NCBI RefSeq assembly: GCF_009914755.1
Contig: NC_060935.1
Length of the DNA: 64,000 nt
Direction: 5' to 3' (one strand)
From: the human T2T-CHM13v2.0 reference genome, Homo sapiens
Both the position numbers and the translations under genes were made by a program. Shown piece by piece: positions 19,982 to 60,604 of the stretch (its first letter is position 1; each line of letters opens with the position of its first letter). The notes under the pieces were generated by a model. It was not told where the DNA came from. It worked only from the letters and a program-made list of their open reading frames with translations, and did no database searches.

Positions 19982-22826
19982 GAATGTCAAATGTCTGCCA
20001 GGCACTGTGCAAAATCACATAAAAATGAGGTGGGAGGAGTGCAGTGGACAGGGAGCGCCAGCAGGTCAGGCATGAGTACAGACAGGCAAAGACACAGACT
20101 TCGAAGCCAGAGACCAGCGCCGGAGCTGATGCCTGCTTGCCTGCCTGCTGAGGGCGAGAATGCACCTGCTGTGGGGGCCTGACCTCACCGTGGACACCCA
20201 CCGCGGGAGCACCAGCCCTCCCCCGGTCCCCAGGGTATGGAAGCCAGGGGCCTTTGTAGCCCCACATTGCCCGGAGTTGGATACAAACATCCCAAGAGCT
20301 AGGGGTGCCTTTACTGGCTGGAAGGTGACCGTTCCATTTCCCCAACATGAACTCAGAAAGCTTCAGCCAGGCGCAGGAACATCCCAGGGAAAAGCTGGCT
20401 GAGGGCTTCCCTAATGCAGGGGTGTTTCCTCCTGGCCCCTGTCCCAGGCAGCCACCAGCACTGCCACCAAATGTTTAAGGAAAATAGGCAAAGAAAGCAT
20501 TTGCCCCTCTACTTTCTTCCCTCCCAGGCATAACATGGAAGACACCTGGACACTGGGGTTGGCCTTAGCTGCCCCAGGAACTAGAAGCCAGGACCCTCTC
20601 TCTTCCAAGGCCCAGCAGCCTCTGCCATCCTCTTCCAGCCCAGGCTTGTCCAGGAAGCCTCTGGGTCTAATGGTGCAAGCATCCGAAGTGCCCACAACCA
20701 GGCTGCCCACAGTCTCGGCAAGGCTTTCAGCCGCCCCTGGCACTTCTCCCACCATCCTCCAAGAGGCTCAATGACAGCTCCGTGCAGCCCCGCATCAGCC
20801 TCGCAGCCCGCCGCCTCCTGCCCTCCCATCCCACCACTGCCTGGGTTCAAGGGTCAGTGCTCAAGAGTCCCACATGGTCCCCACCCTGTCCCCTCTCTCG
20901 ACTCTGACCCCCAAGCCCTCCCATTTTGAGGTCACACACTCCCCTCCCCTCTTCCCTGAGCACCCCCTCCATCCACCTCTGCCTGGGCTGCACCCCAGGC
21001 CCACGGGCAGGTGCTGGCCACCCTCCCTTCCTCTGCAGGTTTCTGGGTCAGGACTGTGACCAGAATCTTGCTCGCTGCACTCCTGCCACGGCTGTGCCCT
21101 GTCCCCTGCGTTTGTCCCATCTGCTGCTAGCTCAAGGTCCTCCCTTCTGAGGCACCCCACGTCTCCAGCCCAGAAGGCTCTTCCCTTCTCTGCTTGGTAT
21201 CTTAAAGTCAACATCTTCTTCTCCCTGGTTTCCTGCCCTTGGTACACAGCCCTCTCCACTGGGCTGTCCAAGTCAAGGGACAGGAATCCTCCGGGCTTCT
21301 CCCCCACCTTACCTTCCAAACCAGTCAACCCCACTGACTGCACAGCTGCCACGCAGGCGCCCTGCTGTCCAGCCCTCTGCTGCCAGCCCCAGCCCAGGCT
21401 CAGCTCCCTCCACTTGCATCCACCTCTGTCCACTGGACTCCCCTCCAAGCTGGCCTCGCTACCCCAGAGGGCACGAGCTTCCCAAAACATGAGGCGCACG
21501 GCCATGCCCCTTCCCTGGGAAGGTTTGCCTGCCTTCCCACGGAATAGCAAGTCCTTCCCACTGCGCACCTGAGCTGCGGGATTTCCTGCGGTTTCCCAGA
21601 CCAGCTGGGCACCCACAGCGCGAAGCTCCACACCCATGGCCACTGCCTCGGCTTCTTCTCCATCTTCACCTCCCCACCTCCTTCGTGTGCCTCGCCGATG
21701 CCCTGCACTTTTCCTAGTGCACCCTCATCAGCTTGTCTTCAGGGCTGACCGGCACCCCCATGACTGTGCCTGAGTTCCAAGGGGACAGAGCCCATCCCTG
21801 CATCCTGCCTCCCACATTGTGGACTGCACATGCCATGGGCCGTCAGGGCGCTGGCCTCGGCCTTTGAAAGGCATCTTCCGTTCATTTTCACAGTGATTAT
21901 AGAAGTGAAAGGCCATTTTCCTATTTTACAGCTAAGGAGATGGGCACGAGAGAGGTAAAGGGGCCTGTCCAGGTCCCAGAGCCCTCCAGGAGGGACAGGG
22001 GTTAGCCAGGCGTCTATCGTCTCTGCCTGCTGCTTCCTTCCGAGTGAATTTGTGGTTTCCTTTGCTCTGATTTGGCCAATGCAGGCAGCTGAGGCTGTGC
22101 CCCACCCCCTTCCGTCCCCCCAGGAGGCTGCCTGACCCTCTAAGTGACTCGAGTTTGGGGTACCTCCACCAAATGCCCCCCCTTCCCATTCACTGTCTGG
22201 CACAGCTGTGATGGAGCAGACCGTCCCCTGCAGTCTGTTGGGACACAGCACCCGGGGCCCTGACCGCCAGGCAGTTCCTGAGGGAGGATTGCAAAGCCTC
22301 CAGACTTCTCCAGGCCCTGCCAGGGACACAAAGTAGAAGGCTGGGCTGGAGCTGCATGGGTATTTCATTGAAAGTTCACAGACACAAGGGCTCTGAGCGG
22401 GGTCACATCGTGGAGGAGGCAGGGTCGGGGAGCACAGAGTGAGTCCTCCCAACCTGGGACAATTTTGCATAAGCCCTTCCTGCTAGGTGTCAGGTCCAAG
22501 GGGCCCCAGGAGCCTGGGAAGGGGCACGTGAGGGCAGGGACACAGACGCTGGAAGCCAGGGTGCAGCAGCGAGGGGAGAAGCCCCCAGGCCCCAGACACA
22601 GGCAGGGCGGAGGCCAGGAGGCGGAGGGGGTGGACTGAGGGCCAAGCTCACTGCCCCCTTGCTGTACTCAGCTTCTGATGGCCTTGCTGCCCAGTTCACA
22701 GCTCAAGGGGGCCCCAGGACAAGAAGCCCTGCCCTGCCCCAACCTCATGGGATCCTGCGTTTCAGGGACCATGAGAATAAACATGTCTCAGTGCTTGTCT
22801 CCGCCAGCAGCCGTGCCTGGCGGGCC

Positions 22827-38232
<15,406 letters not shown>

Positions 38233-39896
38233 TCATGCCTGGGCTGACCCGGGCACAGTGTTATCCACAGCACGCCAGGAACCCACAGCACAAGGCTGAT
38301 CTTAAATGATGTTGATAAACCCTAACGAGCAGGAGGGGTCATGAAGCATGAGGAGCCTCCTCCTCGTCTCCTTGGGCACCCTGGCCATGCTCTCCCTGGA
38401 GCCCACAGGCCGTGGGTGGATGGGGCCTGTCGGAGAACCAGGGTTCCGTTCTCCCTCCCCAACTCCCTCCTCCTTTCCAAGGGCCTGGCCCAGGGAAAAC
38501 TGGACCCGGTGTCCTCAGACGGGGCCTGATCCCAGGCTGAGTGTGGCCTGTGTGCCATGCCCCCATGTCTCCCCAGCATCTGAGCTGGGCTTACCCGGCC
38601 AGCCACCACCTTCTGGGAGACCCTGGCCTGCCACACAGCCTCTGCCCAGTGCTGCCCCACCCCAGTTTGCCCTGAAGGCCTCAGGCAGTGAGGAGGCCTC
38701 CATAGCAGGAGAGGGTTGCCTGGGCCCGAGGGTCCAGGGCCTGCCCAGGGTCACTGGGTAGGTGACAGGGGAGCCAGGGCCTGCTCCCGGCCTCAGGCCA
38801 CCTTGGGGCTGCCTCTGAGGCCAGGAAACACCACTGAGAGGGAGCCAGGGGTCGCAGGGCAGAGCCAGGGCCGAGCCAAACTTGGCACAGCCAGCATTCA
38901 TGTGACTGTTGGTGGGCTCCCCAAGGGCCTGGGCTCCAGCTTCCCCTTTGCTAGGGGTTTCTGGTTACAACCCACAGTCTAGACAGGGGGGGACTCCAGG
39001 CTCAGGGTCCAGTCACCAGCTAGAAAACCACGGAGGAACCCGGGGTCAGACTCCAGGGCCCCGAGAATCCTGCCGGGCTGGAGGGAGCCCTCGGAGCAAC
39101 CCCAGGGCAGCAGCCATGAAGATGGGAGCTGGACGGAGCTGACAAGCTGCAGAAGGAGGGAGATGGGGAGAGTGGGACAGGGCAGGGACAACAGGGTATG
39201 GCTGCCTCCTTGTACCTCTCTGCCCTCCCAGGCCTCAGTGCACAAAGCATCTGATGACAGGACATTTGTCTCCCCAGAAGCCCTGCCAGGCCCTGCAGAG
39301 TTCTGCCCAGCTCTGCTCAGATTTCAGGCATGCCAAACGCCAGGCATGTGTTTCCAAGCCTCCGTGCCACCCTGGGTAAATGTTCTTGCTCCAGGTGTCT
39401 GCCGTAGCATGGCTCTGGGGTGAAAGCCCTGCAGCCCCTTGGGAGGAAGGCCAAGGCAGCCACCACCCTCAGGCAGAGGCATCAAGATAATGGCAAATGT
39501 CACATCTGCCTCATCTTCTAACCTGTTGGGGTGGGGCTCGAGGGGGCTCTAAGTGACTCCAGAGCTACTGATCCCAAAAGGAACTCTGCTCCCACCACCA
39601 CATGCCCACAAACTCCTACTTACCTATTAGAACCCCAGGGGCTGCTACCACTGCATCCGGGCACACGCTCCCAACCCCTCCCCTCCCAGCGGAACAAGCG
39701 CACCGCGTTATCAGCCCGGGGATCCGTGACTGTGGCAGCTGTGGCTGGAGGGGACTTCTGAGTCCAATCCCTGCAACCAGGGACCCTGGGCAGGCTTGCT
39801 TGGTGCCAGCTCAGCTCACTGCACACAAAACCGCTTCTAGGGCCTGGGAGGCAAGAAGGCCCAGCTAGGCCAGCCCCCCCACGCCACCTGGGGCCA

Positions 39897-39902
39897 TTTA
39901 TT
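39897..39902 (-). terminator. Candidate distal canonical poly(A) hexamer AATAAA downstream of CTSD
   Basis: TTTATT on the + strand, ~430 nt past the AATACA signal. Confidence 0.35.
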
Positions 39903-40328
39903 TCCCGGGACAAGAGGGCTGAGGAGGGTGACTGGTAGGCCTGCTCTGAGGGTCCCCGAGAGCAGAAATAGCCTCTGTTCGAATGCCGTGGCTGCCTGGC
40001 TGGGTCACCTCCCTGAAATCACTCCTCAAGGCTGGCACTCACACTAGACACCCTGAAACCCCAGCCAAGGCCACATCCTGCCGGCTACTGCTCCAGACCT
40101 GGGAACAAGTCAGTCCCCGCTGGCCGACCAGGCTGGAGCCCATGGGCTGGGCAGGGCAGGGCAGGGGGCCATAGGCCCGGGGCACCCCAAATGCTTGTCC
40201 CGGTGCTGCCGAGTCAGCTGCCGTGCTGGCTTCGCACTACCCACCCTCCTTCCCCATCCCAAGTTGGAGCCACCCCTGACCAGGCACAAGAGCACACCAG
40301 CACAGAGGGGAGGCCGGAGGCCAACAAC

Positions 40329-40334
40329 TGTATT
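40329..40334 (-). terminator. CTSD: CTSD poly(A) signal, non-canonical AATACA (3'UTR ~40305-41052)
   Basis: No AATAAA/ATTAAA seen on the minus strand between the stop and this point. AATACA is a recognised minor variant, and its position fits the ~2 kb CTSD mRNA. Confidence 0.7.
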
Positions 40335-41052
40335 TCCATGTCAGCTGGGGCTCTCAGCCGCCCAAGGGGAGGACAACAGAGGTCAGCTGCAGAGGAAGGC
40401 TGGCACCAGCCCCCAATCCCAACCCCACCTCCAGGCCAATACATGCCCCTGGGACGGGCTCAGTCCCAGCACCACCCTGCAGGCTCCAACAAGGTGGGTT
40501 TTGTCCCCTCTCACTCCTTCCAGCTCATCCTCAGGCCTCTAGCGGCCTCATCCTCAACGGGCCCGGGACACTGAACAGGTAGGGTGGCAGAGCCCAGCTG
40601 GGCCCAAGCTGGGCAGAGGGGCCCTCAGGCAGGGCAGGTTTCCAAGGGAGGGCCCGGGAGGACGGCCTGGTGTGGGGTAGGGGCTCAGCCCAGCGGGCGC
40701 TGGTAGGGCCGGGGAGGGGACTCCCTGGAGATGAAGGGAGCCCCAGGATACACGAGCTCGGCTGCCAAGCTTGGGTGGGGTCTTCCAATGCACGAAACAG
40801 ATCTGTGCTCTGGATCAGCTCTACCCCCACCAAACAGATGGAGAGACAGACAGGCAGGCAGCATTTCTGAACCCAGGGAGGGGAAAACCACAGAACAAAA
40901 CAGCAAGTCGGGCTTGGGCCGCCGGCTTCCAGGGCGCCCAGGACAGTGGGCGGGCGAGTGTGTGGGTGTGTGTGGGAGGGGCCGCCGGGCCAGGGGCCTC
41001 CTGCTCTGGGACTCTCCTCTGTTTCTGTGCTGGCGCGCGGACGCCTTGGGAA

Positions 41053-51519
<10,467 letters not shown>

Positions 51520-52011
51520 GGCGGCGGCGGCCGGGTCGGAGAGGGTCGCCGAGGCCGTGCGCTTATAGCCGGGATGACGCCGCAGTTGGGCCGGATCAGC
51601 TGACCCGCGTGTTTGCACCCGGACCGGTCACGTGGGCGCGGCCGGCGTGCGCGGGGCGGGGCGGAGCGGGGCCTGGCCTGGGCGGGGCAACCTCGGCGCA
51701 CGCGCACAGCGCCCGGGCGGGGGGCGGGGTGGTGGTGCGCCTGCCGCGCCTACAGTTCCCGCCGCTCGCGCCCGCGGGGTCAGCCCGGCCCAGCTTCTGG
51801 GGTCTGGAGGATTCCCGTTTCGGCCTGGCCTGGGGTCGTGGGGCGGCCCACCCTGGAGGGCCCCGCGGGGTGACCCCTGTCCCGGCCGCCGCGGCCGTCC
51901 CCGCGTCCAGGCCTGCGCGGGGCGCTGCGCCGTGGGCTCCTGCACCTGCTCCTCCCGGCGCCCCCTCGTCCCCCTCCGAGACGCTCCCAGACATCCTCTC
52001 TGGAAGCCTCT

Positions 52012-53480
<1,469 letters not shown>

Positions 53481-53630
53481 ACACTCCCTATACCCAGGGT
53501 ACCCAGATGGACCTCATCCTTACTCTCCAAGTGTCCCCTGCCCAAGCGCCCACTCTCCACCTCCTCAGAGCAGCACCTCACTGGGCCCTGCCCTGGCCAC
53601 CCTGGGCCCTCCTCCCTTAGCCCAGACTTG

Positions 53631-53815
53631 CCCATCTCCAATGTGGCACCATCCCTGGAACCCCATCTCCAACGTGGCACCGTCCCTGGAACCCCGTCTT
53701 CAACGTGGCACTGTCCCTGGAACCCCATCTCTAACGTGGCACCGTCCCTGGAACCCCGTCTTCAACGTGGCACTGTCCCTGGAGGCCTGTCTCCAACGTG
53801 GCACCGTCCCTCTAG
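53631..53815. repeat. 31-bp minisatellite, 6 copies (ccccrtctycaacgtggcacygtccctggaa)
   Basis: Copies start at 53631, 53661, 53692, 53723, 53754 and 53785. Confidence 0.95.
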
Positions 53816-56131
53816 GCCCCGACCTCAAAGGTGAGCAGTGTATCCAGGTCAGAAACTGGGTCTCCCGACACTGAGCCTGCAGAGGCCATGGTGACAGTTG
53901 CCCCAGGACTTCACCATTCTCGTGTGCCCTGGTCCTGCCTGGCATGGGGGACTGAATTAGGCCTGTTGGAGGGGAGGGCCCGGTCATTCCCCAGATGCTC
54001 TGGAGCACACAGCCAGGCGGGAGGTGCGGTCGCTGTAAGTAGGAAAGGGATATTGGGACAAATCATTTAAGGCAGGTCCAAGTCACACAGGAAATGGAGC
54101 CAGGGGATGTGCTCAACAGCGACCTCCGCAGGAAGGTCCCTCCAAGAAGGTGGCATCTGAGCTTGGACCCAAATGAAGGATGCTTCCCCATGCTCTCACC
54201 CAGGGTGCGTTTTCTCCTCCCAGCTCCCTGCGAGGTAGATGGGCCCAACCCCGCTTTACAGAGGCAGTGAGGTTCTGTGGTTCTCGGCGGGCGGGATTGG
54301 AATTCCCACCTTTTCTGTAACCAAATATATCAGGACCTTGGCCCTTGCGGAACCTCCCCGAAGCTGGATCTGCCTGATGGCCACAAATGAGTGGCTGCCC
54401 CCTCAGCCCCACCTTCCCGCCCATTTAGAGCCCTTCATCTGAGGGGGTTCTAAGCCTGAACACAGAAGCCCGAGCAGACAGACACCCTTGCCCTCAGAAT
54501 CTGCCCAGCTGCTGGGGGTCCACACCTTGCCCTCAGAATCCGCCCAGCTGTTGGGGGCCCACGGCCAGCCTGGACCTGGCACCTGGGGTTATCACGTGCT
54601 TTCCAGTGGGCTGGGATCTTGGAGATGTCAGCCGACCCTGGGGGACTGGACTCCAGCAAGGGGTGAAAGATGGTCCCAGCTAGTGTCCCCTGAGCCACCC
54701 TGCTCGGTCCCCAGGTCCAGTGGTGGACGAAGCATTTGGTGTCCAGGATACTGAGATACGCACCTGTGAGGACGCATGCCCACAGAGCGTGGCCGACACT
54801 CCACCCAGAGGTCCCGGTGAGCCGGTGAGGCTGCGAGCCAGTGGGTAGTGCGGATGGCCAGTGGGGCCAGAAGCACAACGTGGCAGCGAGCTGTGGGGTG
54901 TGTGGGCCGGTGCTAGCCAGGCTAAGAGCCTTGGACCATCCCCTGAGACAACGGGGCACTGTTGAGCAAGGACCCTCTCGGGGCCCCAAGGGTGAAGAGG
55001 CCCCACCCCACCGCAGATACCATCTGTTATTCTGTTTATTACAGAGGGGGCATTCTGCCTGGGCCCGCTCAGCTTCCCAGCTCCTGGAGCAGAGCCCGGC
55101 ACGTGGTAGGTGCCCAGTAATTATGTGTGGGATGAATGCCTGGGTGTTCAGGGTCCCCGAGGGACTGACCCACCAGGCAGGGTGGGACCCTGCTGGCATA
55201 TTGGGTGAAGGTCAAGGGAGTGGCTTCTAATCCCCTTGCCTCTGGCTCACCCGGGCAGACCCTCTCAATCTGGGCCTCACCTCTGTCCCTGGAGAGTTGA
55301 GGTTGGGCTAACGGTCTCTGGAGCCCTTGCCTGCCCCTGCTAGGAGCTGAGGGTACAGAAGCGACCCCTGGCCTCCTTGTCTGGCTCAGATTCCCCAGAC
55401 TCCTGCACCTGCCAGGCCGATTCAGGAGACCCTCTTCCCACCAGGGCTGCCTTCAGGGCTCCTGGGCCAGTGGGTGCTGCAGCGTGTCCAGGCCCCGCCT
55501 CTGGCAGAGTGCAGGGGACAGGGCCCTTTTTCACCTTTCACACCCTTCGGCTGACCGCATGCAGGGACATGGGCTCCATCTGTGGGGTGCTCGGCCCACC
55601 TGGGGAGAGGAGGCAGGAGGTGGGGGCCAGGCCCAGGCTCCATCTCAGCCTTTGCCATCGCAGCCCACTGAGCTTCCCACCACGGAGGGGCCCCAAGCTT
55701 CTCTCTGGGAAGCCAGCCACAGGACGGGGGTCGTGGCTTCTCCGGCTCCCTCCTGGCTGTGTGGAGAGTCAGGGAATCAGAGGATGGCAAAGTGCCCGAG
55801 AGGAAAGGGGCAGAGAAGGGAGTCGGACCTGCTGGGTGCCCGCTGCATGCTGACACCTAACAGGGGCAAGCAAGGGCTGGAGGCTGTCAGCCCAACCCTG
55901 CCTCTCCATGGGGAGTGCTGAATCCCAGACTGGAAAGGGTCTGCCTGGATGGGTCAGTCCCTTGGGAGCCTTGAGAATCTGCTCATTCACTCAACATGTG
56001 AGTGTCGGGCACCTACCACGAGTAGACGCTGCTCTAGGAAATCGAGAAAACAATAGGGAAATTCCCACCCAGTGCCGTTCATATATAGACAGGGGTGGGG
56101 GTGGGGAGGTGTGTGGAGGGGCAGAGATTAA

Positions 56132-56569
<438 letters not shown>

Positions 56570-56764
56570 TGAAGGAGGTAATAAACCAAAGGCCTGGTCA
56601 GGAGCCGCTGACATGAGAACAGGAGAGCAGAGGCCATGAGGCAAAGGGAGCCGGCCTGGAGGTGGGGAGGAAAGGAAGCAGTCCGAGGTCAGAGAGAGGC
56701 AGTGAGAAGGGGTGAGACTCTGGATGCACTTTTGAGGTAGGGCCAGAGAATTTCCAGGTGGATT

Positions 56765-57379
56765 ATTCGAAACCACCTTTGCAAAATTATGGCTGAGATA
56801 GCGGAAGAGCTCTAACTGAATCAACTCCATCTTGCTTCTAATCTCAAGCCATCCTTGTTCATTCCTGGGTGTCGGCTGAACTGTCTTTGAGAGGAATTTA
56901 GTTTATAGTTTAAACAAAGATGTTAACAGCCCTTTCCCCAAGCAGAACTCCTTCTTGCCTGGGGACTAGATGGCCTTTGTAGGACTAACATTAGCCACAG
57001 GGTTAGAAATTATGGTTTAGGAGTCATGCAGCTGGAGGCTACAAGATTCTGACCCTCTCTCAACTGCTCCTAAGATCAGCGCCTAAGATATTTTGCAGAC
57101 CTTGCACTTGACGGATCAGCTGGCACCACCCAGATCAATAAACTGGCTCATCTGATCTTGTGGCCCCCATCCAGGAACTGACTCACCGCAAGAAGACAGC
57201 TCCAACCCTCTGTGATTTCATCCCTGGCCAATCAGCACTCCTGCCTCACTGGCTTCCCCGTACCGCCAAGTTGTCCTTAAGAACTCTGCTCCGCAGCACA
57301 CCAATGTGGCACATGTATACATATGTAACAAACCTGCACGTTGTGCACCTGTACCCTAGAACTTAAAGTATAATAGAAA

Positions 57380-57414
<35 letters not shown>

Positions 57415-57586
57415 AAACAACAACAACTCTGCTCCATGAATGCTTGGGGAGACTGATTTGAGTAATAATAAAACTCCACTCTCCTGCACAGCTGGCTCTG
57501 CGTGAATTAATCTATTGCAATTCCCCTGTCTTGATGAATGGGCTCTGTCCAGGCAGCAGGCAAGGTGAACCCCTTGGGCGGTTACA
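56765..57586 (+). mobile_element. LTR8-like (ERV1) solo LTR with a nested L1PA 3' stub
   Basis: gaaaccacctttgcaaaattatg...actccatcttgcttctaa start; ggcggttaca end; GATT flanks on both sides. Confidence 0.8.
57293..57424 (+). mobile_element. Extremely 5'-truncated L1PA (last ~80 nt plus (TAAA)n tail)
   Basis: catatgtaacaaacctgcacgttgtgcac...cctagaacttaaagtataat; TSD AACTCTGCTCC. Confidence 0.9.
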
Positions 57587-57970
57587 GATTGGACTGACGG
57601 TGTGTGATGGAGGGGCCAATACTGACATTCCACGGCCTACCCAAAACCCTAGAAGGATGGCCTTTTATTGGCTGAGATGGGAACAGATGCAGGAGTAAGA
57701 GTCTTGGGGAGGAAGGCCAGGAGCTCAGTTTTGGATGCTTCAGATTGAGACAAAGCATGTGGGGCAACCAGGTGATTCTGCTGCATGGCAGCAGTGATTT
57801 GAGTTGTGAGTCCAGGGAGAGGTCGGGGCTGAGACGGACATGAGATAGTCATCAGTGCCATGTGTTGTGGTGATAAGATTGGATGGCACCAGGCTGAGTG
57901 TAGCTAGAGAATAGAAGAGGTCTAGGGACTGAGCCCAGGGGTCTCCCAACTTTAAGAGGTTAGCGGATTG

Positions 57971-58260
<290 letters not shown>

Positions 58261-58519
58261 GGAAGAAGAAGAAGAGGTTAGAGGATTGAGCAGGCACCAG
58301 CAAAGGAGGTGAGGAACCATCTGGAGACAGGAGAGGCCAGGAGGGTGGGGCCCGTAGAGCCGGCCGAAGAAAGTGGTTCAAGGAGGGAGTGGCTGCTGTG
58401 TTGAGTGGCTCTGCTGATGGCCTGTGGAAGATGAGCATTCACCACAACGTTTCACAATTTGACCTTGACAAGACCTGTTTTAGTGATGTGGTGGTGGTGA
58501 AGTTTAAGAGAGAATGACT

Positions 58520-60110
58520 GTCATATTCAATCATCAAGACAGTGTGGTATTGACACAAAGATAGATGGGTGGACAGGAAGGAGGAATCTCAGGTATACAG
58601 TGTCAAGGTGACATGGAAATGCAGTGGAGGAAAGGCTGATCTTTTCAGGCAATGGAATGGAAGGGTCTCGATCCCTCCCTCATACCATACACAACATTCA
58701 ATTTTAGATCAGTTAGGGATGTGATGTAAATGGTAAATCCTTTAGGGAGGAAAAAGGCAAAGAGGGCCACCTTCATGATCTTGCCAAAGAGAATGGAAAG
58801 AAAAGCCACACGCTGGGAGAAAAGATTTGCAAAACACATATTTGATACAAGACTTGTATCCAAAATAGGCAAAGAACTCTCAAAGCTTAACAAAAGAAAA
58901 TAACCCAATTTAAAAAGTGAGCAAATCGTCTGCTCAGACGCCTCACCAAGGAAAAAATGCAGCTGGCAAATAAGCGCACGAAAAGATGCTCAACATCGTA
59001 CGTCGTTAGGGAATTGCAGGTTAAAACAACAGTGAGACACCACCACATACCTGTAAGAATGGCCAAAATCCAAAACACTGACAACGCCAAATGCCGGGGT
59101 GGGCGTGCGGCAACAGGAAGTCTCATGCGTTGCTGGCGGAACTGCAAAACGGTGCAGCCACTTTGGGAGACAGTTTGGCAGTTTGTTACAAGGCTTAAAT
59201 GTACTTTCATCATACCATCCAGCAACTGCCCGCCTCGATATTTACCTCGATAAATGAGTTGAAAACTTATGTTCACACCAACACCTGCACACGAATGTTT
59301 AGAGCAGTTTTATTCACCGTCACTAAAAACTGGAAGCAACCAAGATGTCTGCCTAGAGGTGAGTGGACAGACAAACTGTGGTCTATCCAGACATCGGAAT
59401 ATTCTTCAGCACTAGAAGGAAATGAGCAGGCCGGGGATGGGGCTCACGCAGGCAATCCCAGCACTTTGGGAGGTCGAGGTGGGCAGATTACTTGAGCCCA
59501 GGGATTTGACACCAGCCTGGGCAACATGGTGAAACCCCATCTCTATAAAAAAATACAAAAATCAGCTCGGCTGCTGGAGGGAGCTTGAAGTCTCAGCTAC
59601 TGGAGAGGCTGAGGTGGGAGGATTGCTTCATCCTGGGAGGTGGAAGTTGCAATGAGCTGAGATTGCACCACTGAGCTGCAGCCTGGGCAACAGAGAGAGA
59701 CCCAGTGTTAAAAAAAAAAAAAAAAAAAGCTACAAGCCATGAAAATCCATAGAGGAACGTAAGTGAAAGAAGCCAACCAGTAAAGGCTACATACTGTCTG
59801 ATTCCATCTCTATGACATTCTAGAAAAGGAAAAATTATGGAGACAGTGAAAGGATCAGTGGTTGCCAGGGTTTGGGGAGGGCAGATGAATAGGTGAAGCA
59901 CAGAACATTTTTAGGGCAGCAAGACTGCCGTGTATGATACTGTAATGGTAGAACAGGACATTATGCATTTGTCAAAACCCACAGGATGTACAACTCAAAG
60001 AGCGAACCCTGCTGTAAACTATGAACGTTAGTTAACAGTAATGCATCCTTGCATCAGTGATCATCACTTATAACAAATGTGCTGCACAAATGCAAGATGT
60101 TGATCATGGT
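58520..60110 (+). mobile_element. L1M 3' portion with an inserted older Alu (59428-59728)
   Basis: ORFs 58957..59253 and 59199..59495 give degenerate ORF2p C-terminal peptide (KRCSTS...VQPLWETVWQF; KNWKQPRC). Confidence 0.85.
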
Positions 60111-60111
60111 G

Positions 60112-60147
<36 letters not shown>

Positions 60148-60343
60148 CGTGTATGTGTATAACTTCTGTTCCTCGGCGGGGGAAGGAAGGGGGCAAGGGG
60201 TCCTTCTGCAGCCCTACGGCTTAAGGGACGGCTTGAAGGTCAGATTCCCTGGATGGGGTCAGGCGCTGGGTGTGGAGCAGGGAAGTGGTTTCTTCCCCAA
60301 GTCCCCCGCCAACCCCAGGAGGTAGGAGAGGGAGCGGCTGAGA

Positions 60344-60540
60344 TGCTGAGTCACCCCTGCTCCAGTCCTGCCCCTCCCTCCTCTTAGGGCTGAGTCACTG
60401 CACTCTCAGAGCTGGGGCCACCATGACCCTCAAGAGAAAGGGGGCTGCGGCACCCTGGGGCTCCAGCCACAGGCAGCTTTAGTTCTGCAAGAGCAGTTGA
60501 GGAGGCCAGGGAGGGAATTAGCTTTTTGTCAGCTGACTTT
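60344..60540. promoter_or_regulatory. Candidate distal CTSD enhancer (~8.9 kb upstream): ARE/AP-1 sites, near-perfect ERE, E-box palindrome
   Basis: TGCTGAGTCAC 60344-60354; GGCTGAGTCAC 60388-60398; GGCCAccaTGACC 60416-60428; GTCAGCTGAC 60528-60537. Confidence 0.7.
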
Positions 60541-60604
60541 GGACAGGACTGGGGCTGGTGGGGGGAAAGGTGGAGGCTGTGAATGGCTGGCACAGTTAGG
60601 GCAG

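Noticed and set aside
20861-22470. 260-aa and 243-aa minus-strand ORFs inside the IFITM10 3'UTR
   Set aside because: Low-information G/R/W-rich translations with no recognisable homology. They would need PhyloCSF or Ribo-seq support.
22776-22781. AATAAA close to the IFITM10 stop codon
   Set aside because: It is on the + strand, antisense to IFITM10, so it cannot be that gene's signal.
53631-53815. 31-bp periodic repeat resembling a CRISPR array
   Set aside because: Units are contiguous with no unique spacers, there are no cas genes, and the context is a primate genome.
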